In this document: positions 31,503-41,389 of the stretch, piece after piece | How the letters are laid out: each line of letters starts with the position of its first letter | Numbering within the stretch: the first letter of the stretch is position 1 | From: an uncultured Anaerolineales bacterium | Lineage (GTDB): Bacteria > Chloroflexota > Anaerolineae > UBA7937 > B3-Chlor | Assembly (NCBI GenBank): GCA_964573815.1 | Contig: CAZNMJ010000001.1 | Location: 1-56,625, forward strand | Direction: 5' to 3' | DNA length: 56,625 bases | Translations under genes and position numbers: made by a program | The notes under the pieces: generated by a model | Databases searched by the model: none | What the model saw: only the letters and a program-made list of their open reading frames with translations | Told to the model about the DNA's origin: nothing

Positions 31503-32300
31503 TCACAAATAGGCATGATACCAGTTTACCGTCGCCATCGAATCGGCACTGCCCCCCGTCCTCGTGACCCTAATCGTATTTTCTCCAGACTTGAGGCGTA
31601 GCCACTCGTCTATCTGGTGCGCACTCTCGATGCTCAGGTTATCCCAATCGTCCACGCCGTTGTTCTTCACCGTTAGTGCCCCGCAATCAATCACCAGCGA
31701 CTGCCCGGCCGTGATGGATCCGGAGTAGCGAATCTTCGAAACGTGACCAGTCTCCAGATTCTCTATGTCCACCTGCGTTATCGCCGAGCCCACTGCGGCG
31801 ATGGTGATGGTCAAATCGCGCACTGTCGCGTCGCCGGTGTTATCTGCCTCGCCCTCGTCTGCCCCTGTGGTGAGCGCAATGTTCTTCTCGCCGGCTGCAC
31901 CGCTCCATACGTCGTCTAGGACCGTGAAGTAGAGGACCACGTTCTCCCACAAACGGTTCCGCCAATCGCGTATGCTCTCAACGCTATCGCACCGCGCCTC
32001 TACCCACTCGGAATTGGCTGATCCGCCATCTGGCGTGCGATACAGCTTGTCCTGTACGCCCTTGAGTGCCCGCAACAGATACACAGCAGTCTTGAGTGCG
32101 GCAGGAGTCGCGGCGCAGACCACGCCACCGACCTTCACTGGGTAGCCCTCTCCAATGGCCGTCTCGGTGCCGTGAGCATCGAAGACATGTCCACCAGGCA
32201 GCCCAATAACGCTACTCTGCACTCGCCCCGTAATCGCATCCTGCATCTGCCGTCGGGCGGGGAGATCGGTTGTACCGAATCGCGTGATCCAGTATCCCAT
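31503..32300 (-). CDS. Distal tail protein (Dit-like)
   Basis: 265 aa, directly after the tape measure (expected Sipho_tail, PF05709). Confidence 0.55.
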   Translation of the reverse strand: MGYWITRFGTTDLPARRQMQDAITGRVQSSVIGLPGGHVFDAHGTETAIGEGYPVKVGGVVCAATPAALKTAVYLLRALKGVQDKLYRTPDGGSANSEWVEARCDSVESIRDWRNRLWENVVLYFTVLDDVWSGAAGEKNIALTTGADEGEADNTGDATVRDLTITIAAVGSAITQVDIENLETGHVSKIRYSGSITAGQSLVIDCGALTVKNNGVDDWDNLSIESAHQIDEWLRLKSGENTIRVTRTGGSADSMATVNWYHAYL

Positions 32301-34235
32301 CTATCTAGTCCCTTTAGCCCTGGCTGCGGCCAACACCGATGTGCCTTCCAAGCCGCCGAGCAGAGTGTTGAGGGTTCGCTGATACGCCTCCGCGAATATG
32401 CGCGCTGCCTCCGCCCCTTCGGCCGCTATCTGCTCTCGCCGAGGCGACACGCCCACGGGGACCAGGAGACCAGTCTCCCCAAGTCCTGGCCGGATGCCCA
32501 GAAAGCCCAGGCCCCCCTCCACAAACGATGAGGCTGCCTCTCGGCCCGCTGGCCCGAAATCCGGGGTCGGTAACTTCCAGGTCCAGGGGAGCAAGGGCTT
32601 CTCTGTCCCCAGCTCGGTGCCCGCCAGAGGCGGGATGAGCTCCGTGACAGCCCTGAGCGGCCCCCGCCACCAGGCCTCGGGCCCCAGGCTCCGCTTGACT
32701 TTCCCAAGCGGCTCCTGCCACCAAGCCTCCGGCCCCAGGCTCCGCGCCACCAGGTCGAAGAACTCGCTCAGCTTCGTGACCCATTTGCCCAGGCTTTCGA
32801 GCCCCTCCTCTTTGGACAGTGCCTCTCCGAGCTCGCGTACGCTTGCCCGAAATGCCTCGCCGCCCTCGCTGGCCAGGAACAGCGCGCCACCGAGTATTGC
32901 CGCGGGCACGGCGATGAGCAACAGTTGAGGCGGTATGGCGCTCAACACCCGGATCGCTACGCCGAGGCCCAGTGCCGCCGGGCCTATGGCAGCCAACGCC
33001 AAGCCTATCTCAGTCAAACGCACCTTCGACTCCGGGGGCAATTCGTTGAGCACCTTCACCAAGCCGGTCAACTTCACCACGGCGGGCGTGGCGAACTTCT
33101 CCAGGAAGTCCGTCCCCGCTCCAATCACAAAAGTCTGCACGGCTCCCTTCAGCGTCTCCAATCCGCCAGCGAAGCCCTCGGTGCGCTTCTCCGCCACCTC
33201 CTGGGCACTGGCCGCGCTCGCCACGCCTTGGGCCATCTGATCCCAGCCCTCTTGCCCCTCCGCGACCAGCGTCTGCATGGCCTTCATGCCGTAGGTGCCC
33301 GCCAGGGTCTGGGTGTACCAGTTGCGCTCCTCCTCGGTCAGGCCCTCGAAACTGCCCACGACCTGCCCGATGATGTCGGGCAGGCCCTTCATCTGGCCTT
33401 CCTGATCGTACAGCGACACGTTCAGCTCTTGCAGGGCCCCCACGACCTTGTCGGTATCGCGCATCATGTTGGTCATCATCGAGCGCAAGGCGGTGCCCGC
33501 CTCAGAACCCCGGATTCCCCGCTCGCTGAGCAGGGCTAGAGCAATGTTAGTGTCCTCCAAGCTCCAGCCGAACTGCGCCGCCGTGGGGCCGAAGGTGCTG
33601 AGAGCATCCACCAACCCACTCACCTCTGCGATCGAGGCGTCCGCCGCGCCCACGAAGGAATCTGCAATCTGGGTAGCTTTGCTCGCCTCCAGCCCGTAGG
33701 TGGCCATAGCGATCGCCACGGCGTCGGAGGTTTGAGCTAGATTCAAGTCCGAAGCAGCGGCCAGGTCTATGGCCGCACGCATGGCGCCCGTGAGGTTGGT
33801 CCCCTCCTCCAGGTAGCGATTCAAGTCTACGAAAACATCGGTAGTGCTGAGGCCCGCCTTGTAGAAGTTGGTCATGGCCTCGGCGGCTTCCATCGCGTCG
33901 ATGCCCACCAACTGGGTGTCTGCGCCCACGGCCAACGCCGCTGCCCGAAGGTCCTGAAGTCCCGTGCCGCTCTGTCGCGCCGCAATGTCCAAGATATTGA
34001 CCCCAGCCTCGAAGCCCGCCGCCTCTTTGATCATCATGGCGCCGAGGCCGACCAAGGGCGCGGTGATGCCCAAGGTCATCTTGGTGCCGATGCCGGTTAT
34101 ACTCTGGCCAGCCTTCCCCATGAAACTCTGGAAGCCGCCCAGCTTCTCACGGCTCTCGCGCAACCCGCTGTTGAGGCCCGACAGGTCGGCACCTATAGCC
34201 GCGAATACCGAGGCTACTTGGGTTGGTCTGTCCAT
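32301..34235 (-). CDS. Tail tape measure protein
   Basis: 644 aa, Ala/Gly/Leu-rich helical sequence with hydrophobic segments. It follows the G/GT chaperones (expected TP901-type core, PF10145). Confidence 0.8.
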   Translation of the reverse strand: MDRPTQVASVFAAIGADLSGLNSGLRESREKLGGFQSFMGKAGQSITGIGTKMTLGITAPLVGLGAMMIKEAAGFEAGVNILDIAARQSGTGLQDLRAAALAVGADTQLVGIDAMEAAEAMTNFYKAGLSTTDVFVDLNRYLEEGTNLTGAMRAAIDLAAASDLNLAQTSDAVAIAMATYGLEASKATQIADSFVGAADASIAEVSGLVDALSTFGPTAAQFGWSLEDTNIALALLSERGIRGSEAGTALRSMMTNMMRDTDKVVGALQELNVSLYDQEGQMKGLPDIIGQVVGSFEGLTEEERNWYTQTLAGTYGMKAMQTLVAEGQEGWDQMAQGVASAASAQEVAEKRTEGFAGGLETLKGAVQTFVIGAGTDFLEKFATPAVVKLTGLVKVLNELPPESKVRLTEIGLALAAIGPAALGLGVAIRVLSAIPPQLLLIAVPAAILGGALFLASEGGEAFRASVRELGEALSKEEGLESLGKWVTKLSEFFDLVARSLGPEAWWQEPLGKVKRSLGPEAWWRGPLRAVTELIPPLAGTELGTEKPLLPWTWKLPTPDFGPAGREAASSFVEGGLGFLGIRPGLGETGLLVPVGVSPRREQIAAEGAEAARIFAEAYQRTLNTLLGGLEGTSVLAAARAKGTR

Positions 34236-34236
34236 A

Positions 34237-34434
34237 TCACGGCTCCTGCGCCACTTTCTTACCTTCCCACACGGCTAGGCCCTCTTGCAATTCTTCGACA
34301 TCTAGCGAGTCTAGGTATTCCAGGGTCCAGTGAGTTCGGTCAACCAGAAGCCACCTAAGTGCCCGCCATTCGAGGGGTTCCCCGAACTTCAAGGCCAGGT
34401 AGGTGGCCTCGCTCAGTTTTTTGAACCAAGCCAC
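34237..34434 (-). CDS. Frameshift extension of the tail assembly chaperone (gpT-like part; fused product 34237..34697)
   Basis: The -1 frame relative to 34413..34697 reads ...FKKLSEATYLALKF from the slippery site onward and ends 1 nt before the tape measure start. Confidence 0.7.
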   Translation of the reverse strand: MAWFKKLSEATYLALKFGEPLEWRALRWLLVDRTHWTLEYLDSLDVEELQEGLAVWEGKKVAQEP

Positions 34435-34697
34435 CTGTCACGTAGATGCTCCCCGACGGCGCTATCCAACGCCACGAACTCGGTCAACAGGTCGAGCTCC
34501 GCGTAGGCCCCCGGATCCTTCGGGTCGCCGTCAAATTCCCACGATTCGACGACGGTGGTGAACACCTTCACCTGATCGTCGTAACTGATGTCGCTCGTGT
34601 CTGCCGCTTTGCGGATGATCGCCAGGAGATCGTAGCATTCCTTGGCCGGCAGTTTCTCTCTCAGCACGACCTTCTTATCATTGATTTCAACTTCCAT
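34413..34697 (-). CDS. Tail assembly chaperone (gpG-like)
   Basis: TAGGAGGATGC-ATG at 34697. Acidic ~94-aa protein between the tail tube and the tape measure. Ends ...GGT TCA AAA AAC TGA. Confidence 0.7.
   Translation of the reverse strand: MEVEINDKKVVLREKLPAKECYDLLAIIRKAADTSDISYDDQVKVFTTVVESWEFDGDPKDPGAYAELDLLTEFVALDSAVGEHLRDRWLGSKN
34416..34422 (-). promoter_or_regulatory. Programmed -1 frameshift slippery heptamer A_AAA_AAC
   Basis: Read directly (plus strand gtttttt). It lies immediately before the gpG-like stop codon, the canonical position. Confidence 0.7.
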
Positions 34698-34730
34698 GCA
34701 TCCTCCTAGCAAGATTCCCCAGCGCAAGCC

Positions 34731-35141
34731 CTAGTACGAGGTCTCTGCCCACGCCGCGCTGAACTGGAATGTCACCCGCATCCGAGCACCCGTATCAAAC
34801 GGGTAGTCCATGCGCCGCGTCTTCACCAGCGCACGTGCGCAAGTCCACTTGGGATAGGTTGACTCAGTGCCCCTTGGCCCGATGACGAGCGTCCCCGCAT
34901 CCCCAGGGTCGATCACCGCCCGCTCCGCTGACCCCCCGGAAGCCTGGTTGAAGTACGACTCCAGATCCAACGTGCCGTCCGAGCGCGTGAACAGGTAGTA
35001 GTGCACCGTCTCCGCGCCAGCGGTCACGTCCGCGAGGTCGGCTTCCTCTGCTACCGAGACGGTGGTGAAATCGCCGGACAGCACCGTCCCGCCGAAAGTC
35101 ATGTACAAGTCTTTGCCCGTCAGCCTTCCGTCAACGCCCAT
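34731..35141 (-). CDS. Major tail (tube) protein candidate (136 aa)
   Basis: Positioned immediately upstream of the chaperone pair. Beta-rich sequence. Confidence 0.5.
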   Translation of the reverse strand: MGVDGRLTGKDLYMTFGGTVLSGDFTTVSVAEEADLADVTAGAETVHYYLFTRSDGTLDLESYFNQASGGSAERAVIDPGDAGTLVIGPRGTESTYPKWTCARALVKTRRMDYPFDTGARMRVTFQFSAAWAETSY

Positions 35142-35149
35142 TTCTCACC

Positions 35150-35554
35150 TCACTCCGCGATTCGGATTCGATACTGTCCTCCCCAGTGCCAATAAACCAC
35201 TCCTCCAGGTCCCGGTTCCGCATAGCACACATCGACTTCCCGGGCCATCCAGTAGTTATACCAACTACCCAAAGTCAAACTGTGCATGTGTAGCAATGCA
35301 TCTACCTCATCGTCTAGCTCCTTTGCCTGCGCTTGGGTCTCTGCGATCGCCTTTACCGTCCACAGCGGACTCCGGGCCCGCCTTGGAGAATCGTTGTCAT
35401 CTCCGCCTCCAGAGTGGAAATAGACTACGTAGGGCAGCGCCGTTCCCTGGGGAGCCATAGTCTCCCAGATCGCCGTGCCCCCTAGCGCCGCGATCAGCAC
35501 GGTTCCCGCCGCGAGCAGCGTGTGGATCGCGCCGCCCATCTCGTTCAGACTCAT
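35150..35554 (-). CDS. Tail terminator / tail completion protein (DUF3168-like)
   Basis: ATG at 35554 overlaps the upstream stop (ATGA). Pattern LLAAGTVLIAALGGTAIWETMAPQGTALPYVVYF. Confidence 0.5.
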   Translation of the reverse strand: MSLNEMGGAIHTLLAAGTVLIAALGGTAIWETMAPQGTALPYVVYFHSGGGDDNDSPRRARSPLWTVKAIAETQAQAKELDDEVDALLHMHSLTLGSWYNYWMAREVDVCYAEPGPGGVVYWHWGGQYRIRIAE

Positions 35555-35934
35555 CGTTTCACCCATTCCTGTTTGGGCACATCCCAGCCAATGTGCGGCA
35601 CTTCCTCTGGCTTGTGAACCGCGATGCTGTTCTTGAGGTTGCCTGTGTCTACGGCCACACATGCGTTAGCTACCGTTTCGGCGTCACGCCCTAGCTTCTC
35701 CACGAAGGCGTCGGCTTGCTCCAGATTCTCTAACTGCTTCAGGCCCTTGTTGTAGGCTGGGCGGACGTGCTCGATGGCCGGAGTCATGAACGGATGAGCC
35801 GCGTGCCTGGTGGTCCCGAACTCCTGATGGACGCCATAGTCCGTCCCGTCATGCAGTATGCGAGCCGGGGTGCCCTTGCAATTGCGAATCAGACGATCCA
35901 GAATGCGAAAGTCTGCTGTCACGCGAACCGTCAC
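35551..35934 (-). CDS. HK97 gp10-like head-tail connector protein
   Basis: AVDTGNLKNSI motif typical of the HK97 gp10 family (expected PF04883). Confidence 0.65.
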   Translation of the reverse strand: MTVRVTADFRILDRLIRNCKGTPARILHDGTDYGVHQEFGTTRHAAHPFMTPAIEHVRPAYNKGLKQLENLEQADAFVEKLGRDAETVANACVAVDTGNLKNSIAVHKPEEVPHIGWDVPKQEWVKR

Positions 35935-36299
35935 TCGCGCACCTCCAGCAGTGCCGTTTTCATGAAAAGTTCCGATTCGCCATCATTCAACTGGCGCACA
36001 TGATACGTAACGCCCCCGTGCGTCACCTTGTCCGTGACCTCGACGGTCTGGTCGTGTGCTAAGTAGAGCATCATCAAACGCCCTTCTTGGACCTGTTCTG
36101 CGGTCAAGCCAGGAAAGCTGCGTGCCGTAACTGGAGCCAGCCTACAAGCTATCGCCGTGCCCCTGTTCGACTCGCTCTCCGACCAGCCCCCACTGCCGCT
36201 CGCCGTTCTGGTCACAGCCGTGATCGTGCACGTGGTGGGGAACGTGGCCTCGAAATCCGCCCGTATGTCGGCCAGCTCAGCCGTCTCTAGGAATCCCAT
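35931..36299 (-). CDS. Head-tail adaptor / head closure protein
   Basis: Its size, position and the ...VTHGGVTYHVRQL... pattern fit the Phage_H_T_join type (expected PF05521). Confidence 0.5.
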   Translation of the reverse strand: MGFLETAELADIRADFEATFPTTCTITAVTRTASGSGGWSESESNRGTAIACRLAPVTARSFPGLTAEQVQEGRLMMLYLAHDQTVEVTDKVTHGGVTYHVRQLNDGESELFMKTALLEVRE

Positions 36300-36513
36300 C
36301 GACCATCACGATTCCTATGCCTGGACAAAGAGCGGTGATTATCTTTGCCACAGGTCCCTTGGAAGTGAATAGCTCCACGTAGACGCGCGCGGCATAATCC
36401 CATCCCAAGTCAATGATAACTCGGGCTACATCCTCGGTCTCAATGCCCATGCCTCGCAAAGCCTCCCGCACCTCTGGATCTTTCAGGCCAATGAATCTGC
36501 TTTCCGCTGCCAT
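36277..36513 (-). CDS. Hypothetical protein (78 aa)
   Basis: ORF in the connector module. Confidence 0.5.
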   Translation of the reverse strand: MAAESRFIGLKDPEVREALRGMGIETEDVARVIIDLGWDYAARVYVELFTSKGPVAKIITALCPGIGIVMVDGIPRDG

Positions 36514-36545
36514 CCTGTCCTCCTATTCGCGTCAAAAAAGCCATG

Positions 36546-37088
36546 TCACCAGCTCCGTACGACTTTGGCCCGCATCTGTTTCATGTAGTGCTCGGCCATT
36601 CTCAAACAATGCTCCGTATGCTGCGAACGGCTGAGACGTTGACCTCCCACAACCACGTCGTAGCGACTCGCTACTTGCCCAGCTCTCTCCCGCCAAAGAT
36701 CCGCCGCCCCGCCAGCCAGGTCGTAGCTCCACCCGGTCAGATACAGGGCCGAGCCCGCCTGGTCGGCGGTCATGGTGACCACGCCACGAACATAATCCAC
36801 GGTGTAGTCGGCCGTGCCTCGCTGAGATCCCCCCGCGCCTTCGATATTGAAGTAGGCGGTGCCCCCCGCCTCGTAGTCACCGTATCGCGAGTGGTAAATC
36901 CTGTACTCAGCGTCGCTGGAGGAGAGCAAAGTTCTCTCCATGTCCAGTCTCTCGCGGTACACGCGGACTTTGTGCACATCGAGCACGGCTTCTATCTGTT
37001 CGTCATCAATCCAAACGGCGTAGTCGGCGTCGCTCACCATCGAGCGAACCCGCACGATTAGGTCAGACATTCCGCTACGAGCAGCCAT
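36546..37088 (-). CDS. Head-tail connector candidate (180 aa; alternative ATG at 37070)
   Basis: First gene after the sugar island. ATG 37088 overlaps the GT gene by 14 nt. Confidence 0.45.
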   Translation of the reverse strand: MAARSGMSDLIVRVRSMVSDADYAVWIDDEQIEAVLDVHKVRVYRERLDMERTLLSSSDAEYRIYHSRYGDYEAGGTAYFNIEGAGGSQRGTADYTVDYVRGVVTMTADQAGSALYLTGWSYDLAGGAADLWRERAGQVASRYDVVVGGQRLSRSQHTEHCLRMAEHYMKQMRAKVVRSW

Positions 37089-38067
37089 TGATCACGCTCC
37101 TGTAGACGTCCTCCAGCTTCTCACCCATGTGCCGTAGGGTCATGCGCCCTTCCACTGACCGACGCGCTTCCCCGCCCAACCGTCGCCTAAGCGGCTCGTT
37201 CTCCACCAGCAGTTGCAACGCCTCTGCCAGCGCGTCCACGTCTCGTGGAGGCACAAGCAAGCCGTTGACGCCATGCTCAACCTGCGTTCTTGGCCCGCAC
37301 ACGTCCGAGGCGATACAGGCGCAGCCGCAGGACATCGCTTCCGTCAAACAGAGGCCCCACGTTTCCTGGTAGCACGACGGGAACACGGAGATGTCCGCGC
37401 GTTGCAGCTCAACCAACACTCTCTCGCGAGGCATCCCCGTGACCATATAGCCCTTGTAGCCCGTCTGACGCAACGCCGCCCTCAATATGTGCATCCCCTT
37501 GGTGGGCCACTGGGGCCAAGCGCTCAGCGTCACGATGCGACCAACTTCGCGCTTGACGGGATCGGGCACAAAGTAGTCGTGCTCCACGCCCAGGCTGATG
37601 GTGTAGTCACACCGCAATCCGTTGCGTCGGTAGATATCCGCCGTGTAAGGATTCAGCGCCATGACGGGCGAGCGATTGACGCGATCCAAGAACAGGTTGG
37701 GGGCGGGGCCCGCGTCGCAGACCCCGTCGCACTTGCCCTCGACCGCCGCGCAGGACTCGTCGTTGGTTTTGAGCAGCATCCGCCCGCCACAGAAGGGCCA
37801 ATAGTCCATGAGCGCCCAAACGTGCGGGTATCTTCGCCTTTGCAGCCAGCGCACCGGCCCGAATCCCATGAAATTATGCACGGTCATCACCTGGCACATG
37901 TCGGGCTTGAATGTCTCGACGCGCGCCGCGAACGATCCGTCGCCGTGGAACCACTCAACCTCGTGTCCCAACGCTTCAAGCGCCTTCACCTGATCGCGCA
38001 GGAACGATTCCGCGCCCCCGCCCTCTCCGTAGCCCCGCTGATCTTCGTGAATCATCAGGACGCGCAT
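37075..38067 (-). CDS. Glycosyltransferase, GT-B fold (GT1/GT4-like)
   Basis: C-terminal VFPSCYQETWGLCLTEAMSCGCACIASDVCGPRTQVEHGVNGLLV is the typical EX7E region of GT4 enzymes. ATG 38067 overlaps the upstream gene. Confidence 0.75.
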   Translation of the reverse strand: MRVLMIHEDQRGYGEGGGAESFLRDQVKALEALGHEVEWFHGDGSFAARVETFKPDMCQVMTVHNFMGFGPVRWLQRRRYPHVWALMDYWPFCGGRMLLKTNDESCAAVEGKCDGVCDAGPAPNLFLDRVNRSPVMALNPYTADIYRRNGLRCDYTISLGVEHDYFVPDPVKREVGRIVTLSAWPQWPTKGMHILRAALRQTGYKGYMVTGMPRERVLVELQRADISVFPSCYQETWGLCLTEAMSCGCACIASDVCGPRTQVEHGVNGLLVPPRDVDALAEALQLLVENEPLRRRLGGEARRSVEGRMTLRHMGEKLEDVYRSVINGCS

Positions 38068-39020
38068 AGCACCACCGGCCTGTATCGGCCTGATAGCTTC
38101 TCCATGTAGCGGACATACCAATACAGTGTGTTCCTCATGCCTTCCCACAAGTCTATCTCAGGTTTCCACCCCAAGGTGTCGATCTTGTCACAACACAACT
38201 TCTGCGCTGGTATCTCGTCAATCTTCCAGTCGCTTTCAATCACATCAGCGACATCACCTAGTCGCGCTAGTTCACGCGCCACGTCGCCAGCAGTTGCCGT
38301 AACGCCCGATCCCACGTTATATGCCTCTCCCGTCTCGCCTTTCTCAGCCAGCAGGACATAGGCTCGCACCGCGTCATCCACGTGCAACCACTCACGCTGA
38401 TAGTGCCACGCCTCAGGGTGCACCTCGGGCGGTAGACCCCTTGCAATTCGCCGACAGGAATTCGGCACCAGCCTCGACCAATGCAAGTCGCCTGGCCCAT
38501 ATAGGTTGGCGCACCGCGTCGCCATAATCCGCATGGCGCTGAACCTGGCCCAACCGCGTGCCAGGATGTCCGCAAGCGCCTTACTCAGCTCGTATGCGCT
38601 CTTGGGCCTCAGCGGCATCTCTTCGGTGTACTGCGCGCCGCCATAATCGCCGTATGCCTTGTCGCTTGACGCGACTACCACTGACTTGACCGGGCCGCAT
38701 TTACAAGCCTCCAACACGTTGAGCGTCCCCGCTACGTTGGTCATCATGGCGCGATACGGTTCCTGCGCGGCCACACGGACAATGCTCACTCCCGCGAGCT
38801 GAAACACCCACTCGATCTCCTGCGCGTTGACTATCCTCCGCAAGTATTCGATGTCCAGCGCGTTCCCATACTCCAGCCTCACCTCGACGCCGAGTGCGTC
38901 CAAGGACGTGTGTCCCTTACGATTCAACGTCGCCCCGACGACATCATGGCCCCGCGCTAGCAGCCCCTTGCACAGGTTCGCCCCGAGAAAGCCGTCAGCG
39001 CCCGTGACCAACGCTCTCAT
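38055..39020 (-). CDS. NAD-dependent sugar epimerase/dehydratase (extended SDR)
   Basis: MRALVTGADGFLGANL (GxxGxxG) and YELSKAL (YxxxK). GAGGAGG SD. Confidence 0.8.
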   Translation of the reverse strand: MRALVTGADGFLGANLCKGLLARGHDVVGATLNRKGHTSLDALGVEVRLEYGNALDIEYLRRIVNAQEIEWVFQLAGVSIVRVAAQEPYRAMMTNVAGTLNVLEACKCGPVKSVVVASSDKAYGDYGGAQYTEEMPLRPKSAYELSKALADILARGWARFSAMRIMATRCANLYGPGDLHWSRLVPNSCRRIARGLPPEVHPEAWHYQREWLHVDDAVRAYVLLAEKGETGEAYNVGSGVTATAGDVARELARLGDVADVIESDWKIDEIPAQKLCCDKIDTLGWKPEIDLWEGMRNTLYWYVRYMEKLSGRYRPVVLCAS

Positions 39021-39744
39021 ACTGTATCCTCCTCATTTTGACGGCCCAAGCCTCTGGCATAACGGTATAACATGACGAGCAACCCGTATCGCAAGGCTGT
39101 ACCCCGCGCAAAGTCATCCCATGCAGAGGTTCCGCTATCGTGCCGAGTTGCCCAACCCCTAACTGTAGGTGAACCAAGCAACGGTACACGCGGCCTGACG
39201 GATCGCAGCACAGGTGCGACGATCCCGCGCTGCAAACGCGTCGCACACCATCGAGAGCGTCTCCCTCCGCCCACGCCTGATACGGGATGCGGTTCACGCC
39301 AAATCCGAACCCGTCCGGCACTGGCGGCGAATCGGGGTGGTCTACCCAGTTCAGGTTCACCGGATAGCCCGCCTCGCGAAGCGTCTCCGCCCTCTCCACG
39401 ATATCTGGGGGCGACTCGGGCTGTATCGACACATTCAAGGCAAGACAGTTTCGCGCCTGTGCTTCCACCAGAGCCATGACAACCGGCATGTGTGCCGCAT
39501 TCGTCGTAAGACCCCACGAAAAGCCCTTCTCTACTATCGCTCCCAAAAGACTGCCGAGATGGAGGTATAGGGTTGGTTCCCCCCCGCTAATCTCCACCAC
39601 AGATCCCGGCGGCAATTGACAAATCCAGTCAGCCCATTGTTTCCAGGCCAGCACGCGCGTGTCGCTCTCTAGCCCCTGCGCGTGTACCGAGCAGTAGGGG
39701 CAGCGGAACTGACACTCCCACGTCGGATGAATAATGACTTTCAT
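38995..39744 (-). CDS. Radical SAM enzyme with a Cys-rich C-terminal (SPASM/twitch-like) region
   Basis: WECQFRCPYC (CX3CX2C). C-terminal CSAGSSHLCCDPSGRVYRC...CDTGCSSC. ATGA overlap with the upstream gene. Confidence 0.7.
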   Translation of the reverse strand: MKVIIHPTWECQFRCPYCSVHAQGLESDTRVLAWKQWADWICQLPPGSVVEISGGEPTLYLHLGSLLGAIVEKGFSWGLTTNAAHMPVVMALVEAQARNCLALNVSIQPESPPDIVERAETLREAGYPVNLNWVDHPDSPPVPDGFGFGVNRIPYQAWAEGDALDGVRRVCSAGSSHLCCDPSGRVYRCLVHLQLGVGQLGTIAEPLHGMTLRGVQPCDTGCSSCYTVMPEAWAVKMRRIQYESVGHGR

Positions 39745-40544
39745 TCCGCTCTTCCCCACGGTTCTTCGGTCTCGCCTACATAATCCCGCAACACTACATC
39801 CCCCAAACAGTGCTTAGCGTATATCTCGGGCCGACTATGCAACCCCTCCACGCCAATGCTTCGCGTGCGTGGCGCACCCATCGACCAGAAGCATCGCCCA
39901 CACCCCTCCGCTGCCCACCACAATCCACCGTCGCTAGAACAGGGCAAATCAGTACCGATTAGTGCGCCAACCTCTTCCCGATATGCCTCGTGCGGCGTGT
40001 AGGGTCGATCACCTATCACCGCACAGTACTGCCGATAGCGTGCCAACACTGGCGCGAACCATTCTCGCCGCGTTGCAAAGCAGGAACTAATCACTGGGCC
40101 TGGATACAGCCAGTTAGGGTCGCGCTCCTCCTCACTCACCGCCAAGGGACTGGCGATCAGGCCCATATCATCTGCCCCTGCAAACTGCGCCAATAAGTGC
40201 CGCATGACGCGGACGCAGTTCCTTGCCATTACCACGTCATCCTCGAGCTGAATGAAGCCCTCGTAGCGCTCACTCATCTGCTCTAGCACTGACAGCCGAT
40301 TGAGAGCGATACTGATGTTGTGGTCGTGCCTTACCACGCGCTCGAATCCGCATTCCTCGAATGCCCGCACGCTGGCGTCCAAGTCTGCCTGCTCCGCCCT
40401 CGCTTCGCCGGTTACGTGGCAGGTAGCACCGTCTTGGAATAGCCACACGTCGCAGCCCGTCAGGTCGTTCGTCATCAGCCCGTGTAGTGCCTCGCGCAAA
40501 TAGTCGGGGCGGTCGAAGCTCATAATGCCGATCCCCAGCTTCAC
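39741..40544 (-). CDS. Glycosyltransferase, GT-A fold (GT2-like)
   Basis: GIGIMSFDRPDYLREAL plus an acidic LEDD motif. GTG 40544 overlaps the upstream stop (GTGA). Confidence 0.55.
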   Translation of the reverse strand: MKLGIGIMSFDRPDYLREALHGLMTNDLTGCDVWLFQDGATCHVTGEARAEQADLDASVRAFEECGFERVVRHDHNISIALNRLSVLEQMSERYEGFIQLEDDVVMARNCVRVMRHLLAQFAGADDMGLIASPLAVSEEERDPNWLYPGPVISSCFATRREWFAPVLARYRQYCAVIGDRPYTPHEAYREEVGALIGTDLPCSSDGGLWWAAEGCGRCFWSMGAPRTRSIGVEGLHSRPEIYAKHCLGDVVLRDYVGETEEPWGRAE

Positions 40545-41389
40545 TCTACGTATGCCTCGCGCCAATGCTTTCGATACCAGGCGATGGTCTCGCGCAGCCC
40601 ATCGACCAGGTTCGTCTGTGGGTAGTACCCCACCGCTCGCAGCGCTTCACTGGCGTCGGCAATGGCCACTGCCGAGGGCGGCTCGCCCAAACGCATCGGC
40701 TCATAGCATATGAGCGATTCACTTCCGCTCAAGTCAATGATCGCCTCGGCCAGCGCCTTGACGGTCACCGGGAAGCCTGTGCCGCCATCGATGACCACGC
40801 CCCATCTCGACTGCTCCCACAAGCGCACCATGATCTCTGCCAGGTCTCGCACGTGGATCAGGTCTACGATCTGCTGTCCGTCACCGAAGAGCACCAGCGC
40901 CTTATTCTGGATGGCGTTGACGACAAACGTCGGTACGACCTTGCGCACAGCGCCCCAATGCTGCCTCGGCCCATACGCATTCAGCCCACGCACGACGCTC
41001 ACACTGCGGTGATGGTAGTCGCGGTACATCTCGCATAGCTGTGTCGAAGTATGCTTGCTAATCATGTAGGGGTTGCGCCAGGCATTCTTCAGGCTCAGGT
41101 GTACGACTGGCTTCCCCATCTGATGGGCTGCCTCTAGAATGTTGAGTGTGCCTCTGACATTGGTCTCGAAGGTGTGCCAAACGTGATCGAACGTCTCTGC
41201 GCTGCCCAGTACTCCCGCACAGTCGAACACGACTTCGCAGTCTTTGACGTACTTCTCCAGCGTTGGGTAATCTAGCACGTCAAGCCCGTTCCGCAGGTCG
41301 TAGCACATGATCCTGGTGTATGCACGCTCTCGCAACAGGTCGCAGAGATGCGAGCCAACGAACCCAGATCCGCCCGTTACCAAGATCAT
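40541..41389 (-). CDS. NAD-dependent sugar epimerase/reductase (extended SDR)
   Basis: MILVTGGSGFVGSHL and YMISKHT (YxxxK). ATGA overlap. Confidence 0.8.
   Translation of the reverse strand: MILVTGGSGFVGSHLCDLLRERAYTRIMCYDLRNGLDVLDYPTLEKYVKDCEVVFDCAGVLGSAETFDHVWHTFETNVRGTLNILEAAHQMGKPVVHLSLKNAWRNPYMISKHTSTQLCEMYRDYHHRSVSVVRGLNAYGPRQHWGAVRKVVPTFVVNAIQNKALVLFGDGQQIVDLIHVRDLAEIMVRLWEQSRWGVVIDGGTGFPVTVKALAEAIIDLSGSESLICYEPMRLGEPPSAVAIADASEALRAVGYYPQTNLVDGLRETIAWYRKHWREAYVE

Noticed and set aside
37213-38109. Long antisense ORFs opposite well-supported genes: 37213..38109, 46268..47089, 46945..47922, 47774..48718, 50841..51893, 53202..53903, 54166..55029, 22091..23002, 19835..20464 and 32925..33539
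   Set aside because: These are typical GC-rich shadow ORFs. Their translations are Arg/Pro/Ala-rich, they have no SD, and each lies opposite a gene with recognisable motifs.
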